This document shows positions 23,201-37,200 of a stretch of DNA of 64,000 bases, in pieces (the stretch's first letter is position 1; every line of letters starts with the position of its first letter). The notes under the pieces are model-generated. The model saw nothing but the letters and a program-made list of their open reading frames with translations. It did no database searches and was not told the DNA's origin. The translations under genes and the position numbers were made by a program. Source of the stretch: Octopus sinensis (lineage: Eukaryota); NCBI RefSeq assembly GCF_006345805.1, contig NC_043003.1, positions 17,298,001 through 17,362,000 on the forward strand. Direction: 5' to 3'.

Positions 23201-26200
23201 AATCAGAATCATTTCATTTCTTTTTATGCAGAAATGATGTGCCAAGTTCTAGGGCTGGAGAAATATTAAAATCATTCGCTAAATGTAGTTATTATTTTAC
23301 AAATAAACATATAGGAAGTAGTTTCTTAAATACAGAAAAAACTAGCAGTTTATAAACTGTTTTTTTAATTCAGGACTAGTTTCAAACTGAATGCTGGAAA
23401 TATTTCAGTGTGTATCTGACGACCTACTGAGTTTCTGTATGACTTAATACTCAAACTGTAATACTCAAGAATAAGATGTTTATGTGCATCAGCAACATAG
23501 ATAAATTATTGCTGAAAATTCAAAGAGAACTTTGGATTTGTTTTGCTGCATCTACCATGAAAATCAGAAAATTAAATAGAAAAATATATTTTTAGCTTTT
23601 AATAATTAATGAAATTAAATTAGATTAGCAATTAAAACTTATGTATATCTAGTGCTTTTTTAAACTCAAATATACAATTAACATAAATATGTGGTAATAA
23701 AAAAAATAATTAATATCTTTTAATCAGCAAAAATGTACTTTTCTAATATTTTTTCATTCTTTCCTTTTCCATTTTGAAAAAAATCCATTTTTATAAGTTG
23801 AAAAATTATCCTTCACCTTGCTTTTACATTTTTTTCAACATTGCTCAAGTTTGTTACTAGGTTATGTGTAAGTATCAGTAAATATTTGACAGCACCAAAC
23901 CAACTTCTGCAGTGAATGTGGTTGAAACTTCCTCTTATCAATTGTGTCTTGAGATGCCATCATGCATGTGTGAGTTTATGTTTGCCCTGCTCTGTCTACT
24001 ACAGAAAGATTCATCCAGCCGACGACAGTCAGTTGAGAGCACTGACTTACCCATCATGAAAGTGTCGGCCGAAAAACTTGAGGCTCTTGAAAACCAGCGT
24101 CGCAATTCTCGACAGATGCGTCGAGCATCTTTGGCAGATGTGATTCCTGATTGGCCAACATTACAACATAGAATTAAAGAAAAGGAGGTACACACTATGT
24201 TCCCAACAATAATTCCTATCTCTTTATCTATCTATCTATTTAATTATATTTCGATATACTAAATAAAGTTGATAATAGAAAACTGAAGATATGAAAGTAC
24301 TATATGCATATGTGAATATATATAAACTTATATATATATACCTATACTTAAATATTTTTATAGTATTTATCTTTAATGTATAGATATATATATATATTAA
24401 ATAAGTATTAACAAAGTAACTGAATAATAATGTGCATGAAATTAAGTTACATAACAGAATGCACATATATTAGTCTAAATATCCTTGCATAAGAGTCACA
24501 GAGTCTCTATGCTCAAAAAGAATTCTAATTATAAAATAAGAGCCAAATGTCATTGTACATTTTAAAATTTATTAAGTCATACATCCTTTAGACTTAAATT
24601 AATTGCTTTATGTTTTAACATGAAAGCAAAGTATTTTGTAATCCATCCATACAAATTTAATCTTAATCAAGAAAAGTTTAATATCAAATCATTAGCTAAA
24701 CGTATTTATTATTTTACAAATAAACATAGAGGAAGTAGTTTCTTAAATACAGAAAAAACTAGCAGTTTATAAACTGTTTTTTTAATTCAGGAATAGTTTC
24801 AAACTGAATGCTGGGAATATTTCAGTGTGTATCTGACGACCTATTGAGTTTCTGAGCAATGAAAGCGACAGTAACTTTTGAATTGATCCTTATACTCAAT
24901 TTTCAACTTTCTTAATCTCTTTCTTGTCTTAGTGGAAATCTTTTACAATTGTCAATGATTTATACAAGCAAATTTTGCTGATTATTGTTGCAGGTAATTT
25001 TATAGATTTTATTTTAATAAGTAAATTTACCAAAAATATATGCATTCTAAAGCAATAAATTAATGCTGATAATTAAATTACTGTTTATTGGCCCCTTCAT
25101 TAGTGTCTTAGTTTATATGCTACAACTTTAACTTAATAAAATTAAAGAGAATAAATAGATAATTGCAGTTAATTTCATATATTAGTATCTGATAAAAAGT
25201 AAGCAAATTCGTTGAAACTACAAGAATTAGGATGCTTAAAATTTATATGGTACCAGAACACACTAATATAATGTTTGAATGTATTTTCATGATTTTAAAA
25301 GTTTATATGTTTAATGGTATCCTTCAGTCTTGTGAGGACTTATTACTCTGGATATTTAAAATGAAAATGTCTAAGTATGACAGTATGGAAAACCAGTTAC
25401 TTATGCAGTGAGCAACTGAAGAGAAAAGATAGCCATAATAGGGAAATGAACTTGAGATAACTTCTCTTATATTAGGTTAAAGAATATTGGACTTCATAGA
25501 GAAGATAACCTTAAATACTGACAAAAAGTATTTGGTGACTCTGGTCCATCCAATGTACAACACCATGAAAGAACAAAATAACAAATAACAAATAAATGGA
25601 ACATGAAAAAATTAATTAATTCTTATTATCTTAAATATCATGTCTCTTTTATGTTCATTCAGGTTATAAATATTTAAGTTGAAAAATTAAATCTGCTTGT
25701 TAATCATTGGCATTATTTAAATTTTCCATTAAGAGTTAACCCAACTTTGAATATACCCAGATGGCTTTGTTTGTGGTGGTGTGGTGTTTTTTCATCTATA
25801 TATTCTTGTTTACTTTCTTCCTTAGTGATTGCTGAAAACCCAATCAAACTTCACAACACATTATTTCCCTCAATAACAACCAGAGAAAAAATATCACATA
25901 TTAATTTACAGACATAAAACTCAACAGAAAACTTTATGCAAAATATTTTATAAAACTTCTTAGATTTTAGTATTTATATGGTATTTAGCAAGAATATAAG
26001 ATATTTTAATCATTTTATAACAACATTTTTTTATGAAATACAATATTTTATGTGTTTTGATTAATTTTGATTATCAAAAGTTTAATCGTATTTATTATAA
26101 GCTGGTATTTGGAACATAACTTGATAAGTTACATTAAAATAGACACTTTGTATAAGATAACAATGGCAGTCTTGGGCATGTTGACATCAAAAGCAATATC

Positions 26201-27873
26201 ACTATGGCACAAAAATTCATTGGCTATTTATAAAAAAAAGAACCTACTTCCAATTTTCAACATAATTCCTTGTGAATGGAATCAGAAAAGAAGATTTTAC
26301 AAAAATAATGTCTTTACACATTTTTGTTAAAGGAGGTATTATTCGTTAACCCTTGTTAATGTTTGTTACTTAAATGAAACAGCAGTCACTGGGCCTTCTA
26401 ACAATATCTGCCTTGACCTCCATTCAGCAGAGAATTGAACTTGCGATTAACTCATCCAAATCTGTAGCCATAAATGTCAACTATAGAACAAATGGCTTTG
26501 ATGGTGTTACCAGGAACATACAATTGGTAATTCATTGGGTACATGTGATCTTGAGAAAGAAATTCCACATCATTGTTCATTGATCTTTTACTATGTTGAT
26601 CCTTTACCATGTTGAACCAGAGAGTAGTTGATTGATATATATCAAGTCCCTTTCCTCTTGCAAACTGGTTTATTTGCCAATTTGTTGTATACCTTTCACA
26701 GCACATTGTGCTGCAGCCAGATGCCCTACTTCATTGAACTTGAAAATTCTATCTGATGTAGTGTAGAGGATATATGTCCAATCTGATGATATTGACACTG
26801 GATAGTAATAAGCCAAGCTGCTTGATAGATATAGCAACTTTACTCTTTATCTTTGTTAAATTAGTACTGTCAGCATTATTATTATGACCGGTCTCTTGTT
26901 ATACCACCGTCAGCAAGGCTCTTCCCAACCTCATAGAATTATGATGTATAAATCTACTCACATTATCTTGACAGGGCTCAACTCTATTCCTGTGAACATT
27001 GCATAAGTTCAGTAAAAACGGGATGCAATACAGTGAAGTAAAGTCTTGGACAGCCTTCTTCCTTCACTTAATCAGGACTGGTAGATTATTTCATCCTTGC
27101 TTCATGCTTCCTGAATGTTATTTCCCTTGAGGTTATTGGTAGTCAATTAGATAACTGCTTTCTCAAAATTGATGTTTAACTTAGGTTTGGACTTAGATTT
27201 GTTACTAGCACATACTATTATGTGTCTACAGTAGAGATCTTCAGACTCCAACTATTATCATACCACCTCAGCATTGACAACTTCTCTCTCTATGTTACTT
27301 CTAATGATATTATTTAAAGAGAATGAAGCTGGATTTCCATTCTAATAGGAGCTGGTTGGAGAAACTGAAATCTACTAGCTAGAACCCCTACACTATATCC
27401 CTACTCACTCTGATCTGGATAGAGAATGCCATTCATAGGAATCAATTCTACAAAGTTGAAATAGCTCTTTCAGTGTGGCTCTCCAATCTTTCTTCTGAGT
27501 AACACAATCACTTTTTCATCGACTGCAAAATACTTGAATATCTCTTAGTAACATATATCTTCATAAACAAAATTTTCACCCGCTCACAAGAATCTTCTTT
27601 CGTTTTCTTAGTATTAAGGAAAAACATTAAACTCAAGATGTAAAGTATATAAAACTTTATTTTGAAACTGAAAAATAGATTAACAAGGAACAAAATTATC
27701 TGAATTTGTAAATAGGTTTAAACAAAACTGTTAGAAAGTCAATGATAAATTAGACAAAAAGAATGTAAATTAAGATATGAAAAAAATCTAATATAATCTC
27801 ATTTATATATAAGTAAGAGCAATCAATAAGAATTCTCTGGATTGTGATAATAAATATCTATAATGCACATAGC

Positions 27874-27912
<39 letters not shown>

Positions 27913-28921
27913 TTTCTTACATATGCACATAAATACAAAAGTAAACAGTCACACACACACACACACACAAATTTCATGATGCATGGATATGCAGTGAAAG
28001 GGTGTTATATATACATAGAACATAATATAATGTAAACTATATCACATGCATGCAACTCATACAAATATTTATAGATACCTAAAAAATATATAAATGCATA
28101 CAGTCTAAGAGACCTTTTTGAAATGCATGACCCGATGAAATCATACTGATTTTTTAAAGTACTTCAAGGATCATTTATATATGAAGTTTACAACCGATGA
28201 CACATTTCAGGGAATTGAATTTGAAAATTTTAAAAGATTTTAATAGACTTTAGTATATATTCAGCTGCAATTTATTATGTATAGTTTGCTTATTGACTTA
28301 TATGATTAATATTTATCTTTAATATTTTAAATATATAGAAATAGAAATACAGTTTAAATGTTTAATGACAAATGAATTTTTGTAGTATGTTAAAAGCATT
28401 ACAAAATAATACCAGCTGCTAAAAACTACAAATCAACTTTATAAAATTTTATTTAAAAACAAACGGTATGTTAATAACGAAAGTTAAAACAACTAATTAA
28501 CGCAACACTTGCTTACAGAAAAATATACATCTATATATATATATATATATATATATAGCATCTCCAAAAGCAATCAGTCAATAAGGGACTGGAAAACCTA
28601 GAAAGTAAATGTAAAAGATTTCTTATAAATGCAAATAAATTTTGTCAGTATATGCAAATAAAATATATATGAAGTTATTTTCAAGTCATTCCATTCTCAA
28701 AGTAAAATATGCATTTCTTTATAAAATTAATTTAAAACATATTGAAAATTGTGTTAAGATAAGTATGTAAATGTGAGGAAACTACTTTTATCAAGTAACA
28801 CATTGTAAAAAGTTGATGCATAAAATCAACTAATTATAAGAATTGAGCTATATATATTACACACACACACACGTGTGTGTGTGTATATGTATCTATACAT
28901 TCACACAATATATAAATATAT

Positions 28922-28962
<41 letters not shown>

Positions 28963-28988
28963 CACACAGATACACACATATTTATGTA

Positions 28989-29033
<45 letters not shown>

Positions 29034-30747
29034 AAAATTCAAAAGTATTTAGACTAAATTTTTACGAAATGCTAAACGAAAAATTTCAATACATATGATA
29101 AAACCATGTTAGTTCTTTAACTGTGAAGAAATATTCTAATAAGGTGCAAATAAATATGTATCTAAATAATAAAGCTAAGTTTTCAATAATAATTTTAATA
29201 AAAACAGAATGATTTCTATATATTTAAGAATCATCATTATATTTGAGAATGTTATTTTGCATATATTCACATACATTTCACTCCTTCTCTTGTTTACTGT
29301 TTTCATATCTTCAACATTATTTGTTTAATTCTGTCGATATATTGTATTTATGGTGTAATTTCACTGGATTTTCTCTTTGTATCATTGAATAATAAAAGAA
29401 AAATGTTCTCATGGGAACAGTATACAACAATCAGGGATGTCTTTGATCTCCATCTAATGTAATTGCGTTTTTAAACAAACACAGCACTTTCATAATAGAT
29501 GCTACCTCTGGACGAATACCACTGTAAATTTACTTTTCAATGGTATATTTACATTAATTATGATGCATAAATGGCTATTATATTGATCACCGTGACCGAC
29601 CAGGCTATCAGATGTTGCTACTCATTGCTTGTCACAATAAACTTCACATTGTTTTGGCCTTCAAATGATGCCACCCTGCTGGCTAAGCTAGCAGGCCAAC
29701 AGGAGAAAGAGTGAGAGAAAGTTGTGGCGAAAGAGTACAGCAGGGATCGCCACCACCCACTGCCAGAGCCCTGTGAAGCTTTTAGGTATTTTCGCTCAAT
29801 AAACACTCACAACGCCCGGTCTGGGATTCGAAACCGCGATCATACAACCGTGAGTCTGCTGCCCTAACCACTGGGCCATTGCACCTCCACGGCTATTATA
29901 TATATATTGGAAAATTATGTTAAGAGTAAAACTATTCCTTGGAATACTTGACCAGTTTACATGCTAATTCAATAAGTAGATCATTTACTTGATTGACCAG
30001 ATGGACACTCTTAGTTCGTTCTTGGCAAGAGTGTCCATCAAATACATATATAGATAGGTGCAGGAGTGGCTGTGTGGTAAGTAGCTTGCTAACCAACCAC
30101 ATGGTTCCGGGTTCAGTCCCACTGCGTGGCATCTTGGGCAAGTGTCTTCTGCTATAGCCCCGGGCTGACCAATGCCTTGTGAGTGGATTTGGTAGACGGA
30201 AACTGAAAGAAGCCTGTCGTATATATGTATATGTATGTGTCTGTGTTTGTCCCCCTAGCATTGCTTGACAACCGATGCTGGTGTGTTTGCGTCCCCATCA
30301 CTTAGCGGTTCGGCAAAAGAGACCGATAGAATAAGTACTGGGCTTACAAAAAATAAGTCCTGGGGTCGATTTGCTCGACTGAAGGCGGTGCTCCAGCATG
30401 ACCACAGTCAAATGACTGAAACAAGTAAAAGAGAGTAAAAGAGTAATACATGCATACATACATAGATACATACATATATGCATGTATTCATATAATCTTT
30501 ATAGAATTGTAGTAGTCAAATTTTGTATCATTCTCTTTGAATGAAAATATTAAATAGAATAAGTATATCTAATTAGTCATTTGAATAAAAAATTTGGAAA
30601 TTCAGAAATAAATACTTTCTATACATCCAGTAATTGGAGACAATGCTAAAACTAATATTCTCAAGAATACTAATTACAATATGAAAAATACATTGTTTTT
30701 TTTTATATTCATTAGTATACATGTCAATAGAAGCCATTACAATCAGC

Positions 30748-30783
<36 letters not shown>

Positions 30784-31887
30784 TGTAGGAGTGGCTGTGT
30801 GATAAGTAGCTTGCTTACAAACCACATGGTTCTGGGTTCAGTCCCACTGCATGGCACCTTAGGCAAGTGTCTTCTACTATAGCCTTGGGCCGACCAAAGC
30901 CTTGTGAGTGGATTTGGTAGACGAAAACTGAAAGAAACCCGTTGTATATATGTGTGTGTATATGTTTGTGTGTCTGTGTTTGTCCTCCCAACATTGCTTG
31001 ACAACCGATGGTGGTGTGTTTATGTCCCCATAACTTAGCAGTTCGGCAAAAGAGACCGATAGAATAAGTACTAGGCTTACAAAGAATAAGTCCTAAGGTC
31101 GATTTGCTTGACTAAAGGCAGTGCTCCAGCATGGCCGCAGTCAAATGACTGAAACAAGTAAAAGAATATATATATAGAGTAGATTACATTGACCACAATA
31201 TTTTTACATGTTCTAGTGAGATAGATGGAGACTCTTATAATTAAATGAAAGTCACTTTGAATTATTTCAAAACATGAAATCTGAGATGAGCTAATATCTA
31301 CAGATTTTTTTTTTCTCTCAAATCTATCTATTTGACACATTCTTATGTAACATTTGCTCCATTTGAATTAGTTTATTTTAATTACCATTTAAAAAATCCT
31401 ATAAGACTTCAAGAATCTTGTATAATTTTTGCAATTCCTTTAGGTATAGCCATGGCAGTGTGTTTAAGGATCTTGCTTTGCAACCACATGGTTTTGGGTT
31501 CAGTTCCACTGAAGTTGTTGTGTCTGTGTTTGTTCCCCAATCCTCTGACAGAAACAGAAAAGATTATGTGTAAAGAGAACACTTAATGGAGCAATGAAGA
31601 GAGAGATTTTATTAGCCCTCTATTCCTGAAATACAGGAATCTAGCAAAAATTTAAAACAAAAGAAAATCCAGTGAAAACATAATACATTTTACAAAGAAA
31701 GAAAAAAATGTAAAGATACATTTAACGTACAAAACATATTTTTAGTAATTAGAAAATATATTTTCAACTTGTATTGTTGTACTCAAAAGTTAATTATAAC
31801 TTTCTTTTTTTATCTATTATGTTTGTTTAATACGCACATGCGCGCACATAGACTCTCATGTACATATATATATACATATATACATAC

Positions 31888-31933
<46 letters not shown>

Positions 31934-34170
31934 ATGTATATATATGTGTATGTGTATACACACAAATGTATATTGTATTTAAACTATTTTATGTATTATA
32001 TGTTTTGTTTAAAATTTCATATTGTCTTAAATGTGTATTTTGAATATCGATGTTCTAACACTAAACCTCGTCATAATCTTGTGGCATGATAGTGACTGTA
32101 ATTAGCTTACGCTAAAATGAATGTGTGAATATGTAATTAATTATAGTTTACTTTAAATGTGATTAAGATATTGTGTCTCTAGTCTCTCTCTATATATATT
32201 TTTATCTGTCTCTATGTATGTTCAACTGTATATGTGTATCTGTTGATTCAGATTAGCTCAGCTTAAAACCACTTTTCTAGTTTAGAAACAAGTATAATTA
32301 AAACTAGCAGTATAACCCAGCGTTGTTCGGGCTTGTTTCCTTTTTGACCCTTTAGAATTGGAATTTTTGAAAAGTAAAAATTTTGCATTATGTAACTTGT
32401 TATTCTCTTTAAGTGAACATTTTTCTGGTTGAAATACACCAAAAAATGCCGACACAGCAGTCAAAAAATCGTACAAAATAGGGATTTTCATAGAAAAAAA
32501 GCACCATTTTTATGTAAATAATTTTTGGTGTTAACATGGTCCGATTTGAATTTTTTCTTCTACGGAAGGAAGAGCAAGTCTTCTTCTATCATAGTCTCAA
32601 TTTTGGTCCACTTGCACCGCAGAGTCTCGGAGGAGATAGTGTTAGTTGAAGGCTACCAAACCTGCCATACACAGACAACTTCAGCTTTATATATATAGAT
32701 TATAATGTTGAATATTATTTGGGTTAATAAAGACATTTACTTCAAATTATGAAAATAGAGCTTTTACTATTTTCTTTTGTTAAGTTATTAAAATAAAGTA
32801 TAGCTTAAAAATATTCAGAATAAGTAGAATTATTTAAAGATTTAAAAATTTACAATGGAAATTAAGTTTGTTTTTCATTAGTGGTTATTTGTTAGAGAAG
32901 GTCCAAAATATCTGCGAAACATTTATTTAAAAGTCCCACTTATATTGATTATATTTTCCCTCAAAGAGTGGGTTGCTTACTATAGGATTGTACCAATTTA
33001 TAAAAGTATACAGTGAATGTTTGTCACACTATATAATAAAGGAAGCTTCAGAATCGAAACAATAATGAAAAGTTTACAATATTCTCAGTAAGATAGCATT
33101 TTCTCATCTTGGCTGCAACAAATGAAAATGCATTAAAACTACAATTTTCATATTTGTTAACTTTATTTGATTAGACATGAGTCTTCATTTCTCATATTAA
33201 AATAGATCAGAAATTATGAAATGATATTATATGTATATAACTTCAGATTTCTGTTATGTTTTTCCAAAAGAAAGATTTAAACTTCTCAAAATGTTCATAT
33301 AATTTTATGACAATTTTTAGAGGATGAATCTGGAAAATAAACAAAAAATCAATTCTCTGATTTTGGTGGTTTTATTATATAATGTGTTATGTTTACCTTC
33401 TCTAAAAGCTTGTAATAGATATTTTTAGGTGTGAGTTTTAATGAGTGTCTATGTGGTAATTTCTCCATTTCTTATATAACACATAAAGAGGATTATCACA
33501 GGAACACTTCAATTGATTTTTAAAGAATCTTATAGGATTTCAAGAATCTTACATAATATTTGTGATATTTTATGAAATACTGTTATGTGTCAAGGAGGTG
33601 TCTTGATTGAATAATAAGGAGATTTGTTAGCCCTATTTCTATATAAGTACAATATAATTAGTTCACGTGCTTTTAGCATAGAGTTTATGAGAAACAGAGT
33701 TAAATTTACATTGTGTTATATTTTAGTTTATATACTTGTACTTCTGTACATATTCACATTTATGAACCTGATAACAAACTACTAACAAGTGAATGTTAAA
33801 TATGACATGATATATATATTGTCTTGATGCAAGTAACATTAAATATTTACTTATAGCACAACTAGTGGGGGGACCATTCTGTAATATAAATGTTAGCCAT
33901 AATGAAGTTTTTTTAAAAATTTAAATATTTGTTAAAAATGTATTTAAAGCATTAATATAATATTAATACTTTTAATGATCCTTTAATAGGCTTTAAAAAT
34001 ATTCTTAAAATTACTAAGAAAATAGATATTCTACGATTATTTATCATTTTATATATATATTATATACAATTATTATATTATTATATCATTTTTTCAACAA
34101 ACAATATAGTAATTAATACTTACTCACTGTAGAATAACGTGTGCAAACATACATGCACATTTGTACGTGT

Positions 34171-34230
<60 letters not shown>

Positions 34231-37200
34231 TACACACATATATAAACTTACATATAAGATATGATATCAGAAAAACAATATTTATTCTATTACAAAAAAT
34301 CTAGATTTTAAAAACAATATTAGCTTTTAATTATGGAAATATGAAAGGCCAAACATTGACTGTGTAAAATCCATGTTCTTGTTTTGTTGTCTATTTGTAA
34401 GATGGTGTGTTATTGACATTTGATTATGTAAAGTCTCAAATAATATTCTAGTAGTATTAAAGAAGAATATCTTGTTTTTGAATGGTAACATGAAATAAAA
34501 GACAAATAGAAAACCAAATTTCCTTAAGAATGTCTATTTGTTTAGATGTTATTATTATAGGCCTGTGCCAATAAGTATCACAATTATTATTATTATTATT
34601 ATTATCATCATCATCATAAGTAGTGAGAACATCATTTTGGTGAGGATGATAAAAATGATAATGATTATTCATAGTACTCATACATTCTTGAATGTATGTA
34701 ATGAATTTTAAAATAATATTGTATATGTAATCATATATACATTTTAATTATTTCCAGTGGTTTCTAGATTTAATATCAAATAATGAAATTATTATTGGCT
34801 GATATTATTTTGCAGCTTTCCCAGTGCCTGTTGATAGGTTACACATTGCCTGAGTCTTGTACAAAGTCTGTAATGCATGTATTTATTATTGATTTCAAAT
34901 ATATTTTGCATGTTTTCACATATTTTTTTACAACTTTTAACTAGTATTATTGCTGATGATAGTCCCATGAAGATTGGTAATTATTTTAAATGAAGTTAAG
35001 ATTATTATTATTATAATTATTATTTCTCTTTTTACAAAATGTGATATCTTTCCATTTATTATATATATATATATGTCAAATATTTCTACCAAATAATGAA
35101 TGAGTTTTCTTTTATAAGTATGTTTAAGTATGATGAATATCTTAAACTTTTTTCCCTTTCATATTAATTACAGAATTTTTTATTAGATCTTATATCTGTA
35201 TACAATTGTAACTAAATTAAGAATTGTTTTCAGTTCATTTATATTTATTTAAATGAAAAGCATATCTGAAAAATATTGCAAAAGCATAAATGAAAAGAAG
35301 ACATAATCAAATTCATTATAGTATATCCCATTAACTAATGAAATGTTTCATCTATATGATTGATAATTATTTAGCTATATCTTTATTTTTATAAATGAAG
35401 ATAAAGGAATTATTTTTTTGTAGTATTAGTTTTTGAGAAATGTTTATAGCACAAAATATGTTTTGAAGATATATAATAATATGAATAAAGCTTTTTATGT
35501 TAATGAACTGAAATACTAACACAATAGTAAGTTCTTGAAATAGATTAGTGTGCATAGAAATTTAAGGACTAAATGAAATGCAAAATGAAAAATGGCCTTA
35601 AAGATGTACCATAACCTATGCTTATCAATGAAAGATATTTTCTTAATTGTTCATTTTTTACACAAGAAATTTCCTCTAAAATTTATAAAGTTATACATCA
35701 ATAAACAGTCATACAGATCAATATTCCAAAAAACAATTAACAACCTTAATTAGCAAAACTTTATAAAAAAAAGTGTATCATATTTAAATTTTATTTATAA
35801 GTTTTATATATAAGTTTTATTTAAAATATTTTAGATATTTGCTTTGGAATATATCTAGAATACTTATGTAGCATATTTATATTTTTAACTGCTTAATTCT
35901 TAGACTCATACTAGAGATTCTATGCAGTAGCACAATCTATTCATTGTAAAACCATTGTAATATCTTTTTAAACTAAAGATTTTTGCCCGCTATCAACATT
36001 TTTTTACTCATCATACTCAATCATACGGTAAACTCGAAGATAATACTATTTGGAGACCATTCACATGATTTGATTTTAAATATAATTTATTTTTACATTA
36101 TTTTTATGTATTTTAGAAATTAACTAATTTCTTTAACTGTTTTCTTACTTTCTTTACATATATGTCCATTATAATCATTTTCTTATGAATTAAACTTTAA
36201 TTATTCTATTTCACAAAATGCTTAATGTTTACAATTGTACTTCAACGTAAATCTGAATTTGATCAGTAACTTTATTTTTTTTGTGTGTAAAGAATTTTCT
36301 TTCATAATTGTCAATTCCACTTTGTGAACGTTTTTAGAATACTCTCATAGAAATCTGTTGAACACAGATTTTTCTGAATGTTTAAAAGAATTTGTTATTT
36401 GAATTCACTTTTTAAAATATTTAAATAGCATAAAATATATGTATTTCAATATTAGCGATATTTAGTCATATCAAAACTTTTGAAAAATTATTAGAGTTCA
36501 TTTTAAATGCAATTTTGAAAGCCTCTTTCAGAAACCTTCCACACTTTTAAGTCACTTTATTCTAGAATCACCAACATGTACTCTTTATATTATGCTTTTT
36601 ATTTCATGATTGGTTTTAAGTTTCAAATTATGTTATATATACTTAGTGATATATTTTAAATGTAAAATTTTATGTTGTTTAAATAATAACTTGACTATAA
36701 ATAATTCTGCAATTAAACAAAAATATTAAATGAATAAGATAAAGCTTTAAAAATAGATATCAACCTCTTTCTTCTCAAAGGATTATCAGAAATTTATTTC
36801 TTGCATTACAAAATAAAAGTAAATAGTAATTTAGTATTTCATTATTGGAAATATTTTTGCCTGTCATCCCTCTGAGGTTGATAAAATAAATTATCAGTCA
36901 ATTATTGGGCAGGGTGGGGGCTGGATCATTGTAATCGACTGTACCCCTCTTCTGAAAATTACTGGCAATGTGCCTAAATCAGAAAACATTAGGAATTTCA
37001 ACTGTGTTTCATGGTCTGCTACCACAATAGCTCCTTTATAGGATCTGGTTAGCTCAAGACATCATCAGGAGGAACCACATCTGGTTTCGGCCCCTACTCC
37101 TCTACCGTTTTGATGTGGTGGGGCCCCCGCTTCCAGAGGTGTCTTCAGCTCTGGTGTTGGATGCATGTCTTCTTTCTTCTGTTCCCTGGCCTCTTCGATG

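Noticed and set aside
6740-24999. YAG|GTA motifs resembling recursive-splicing sites (6749, 11206, 12009, 22633)
   Set aside because: A rough composition estimate predicts about this many by chance in AT-rich introns. The 11206 site has a ~145-nt AG-free upstream stretch, but saw-tooth nascent RNA data would be needed.
31836-31848. atgcgcgcac as an alternative pairing partner for the GC boxes
   Set aside because: Only 7-8 bp, driven by CGCG self-complementarity within a CA/TG-type microsatellite context.
37040-37095. Minus-strand GAAAC...CTGATGA suggesting a hammerhead ribozyme
   Set aside because: Stem III can be drawn, but stem I is missing and the conserved G-C pair closing stem II is absent.
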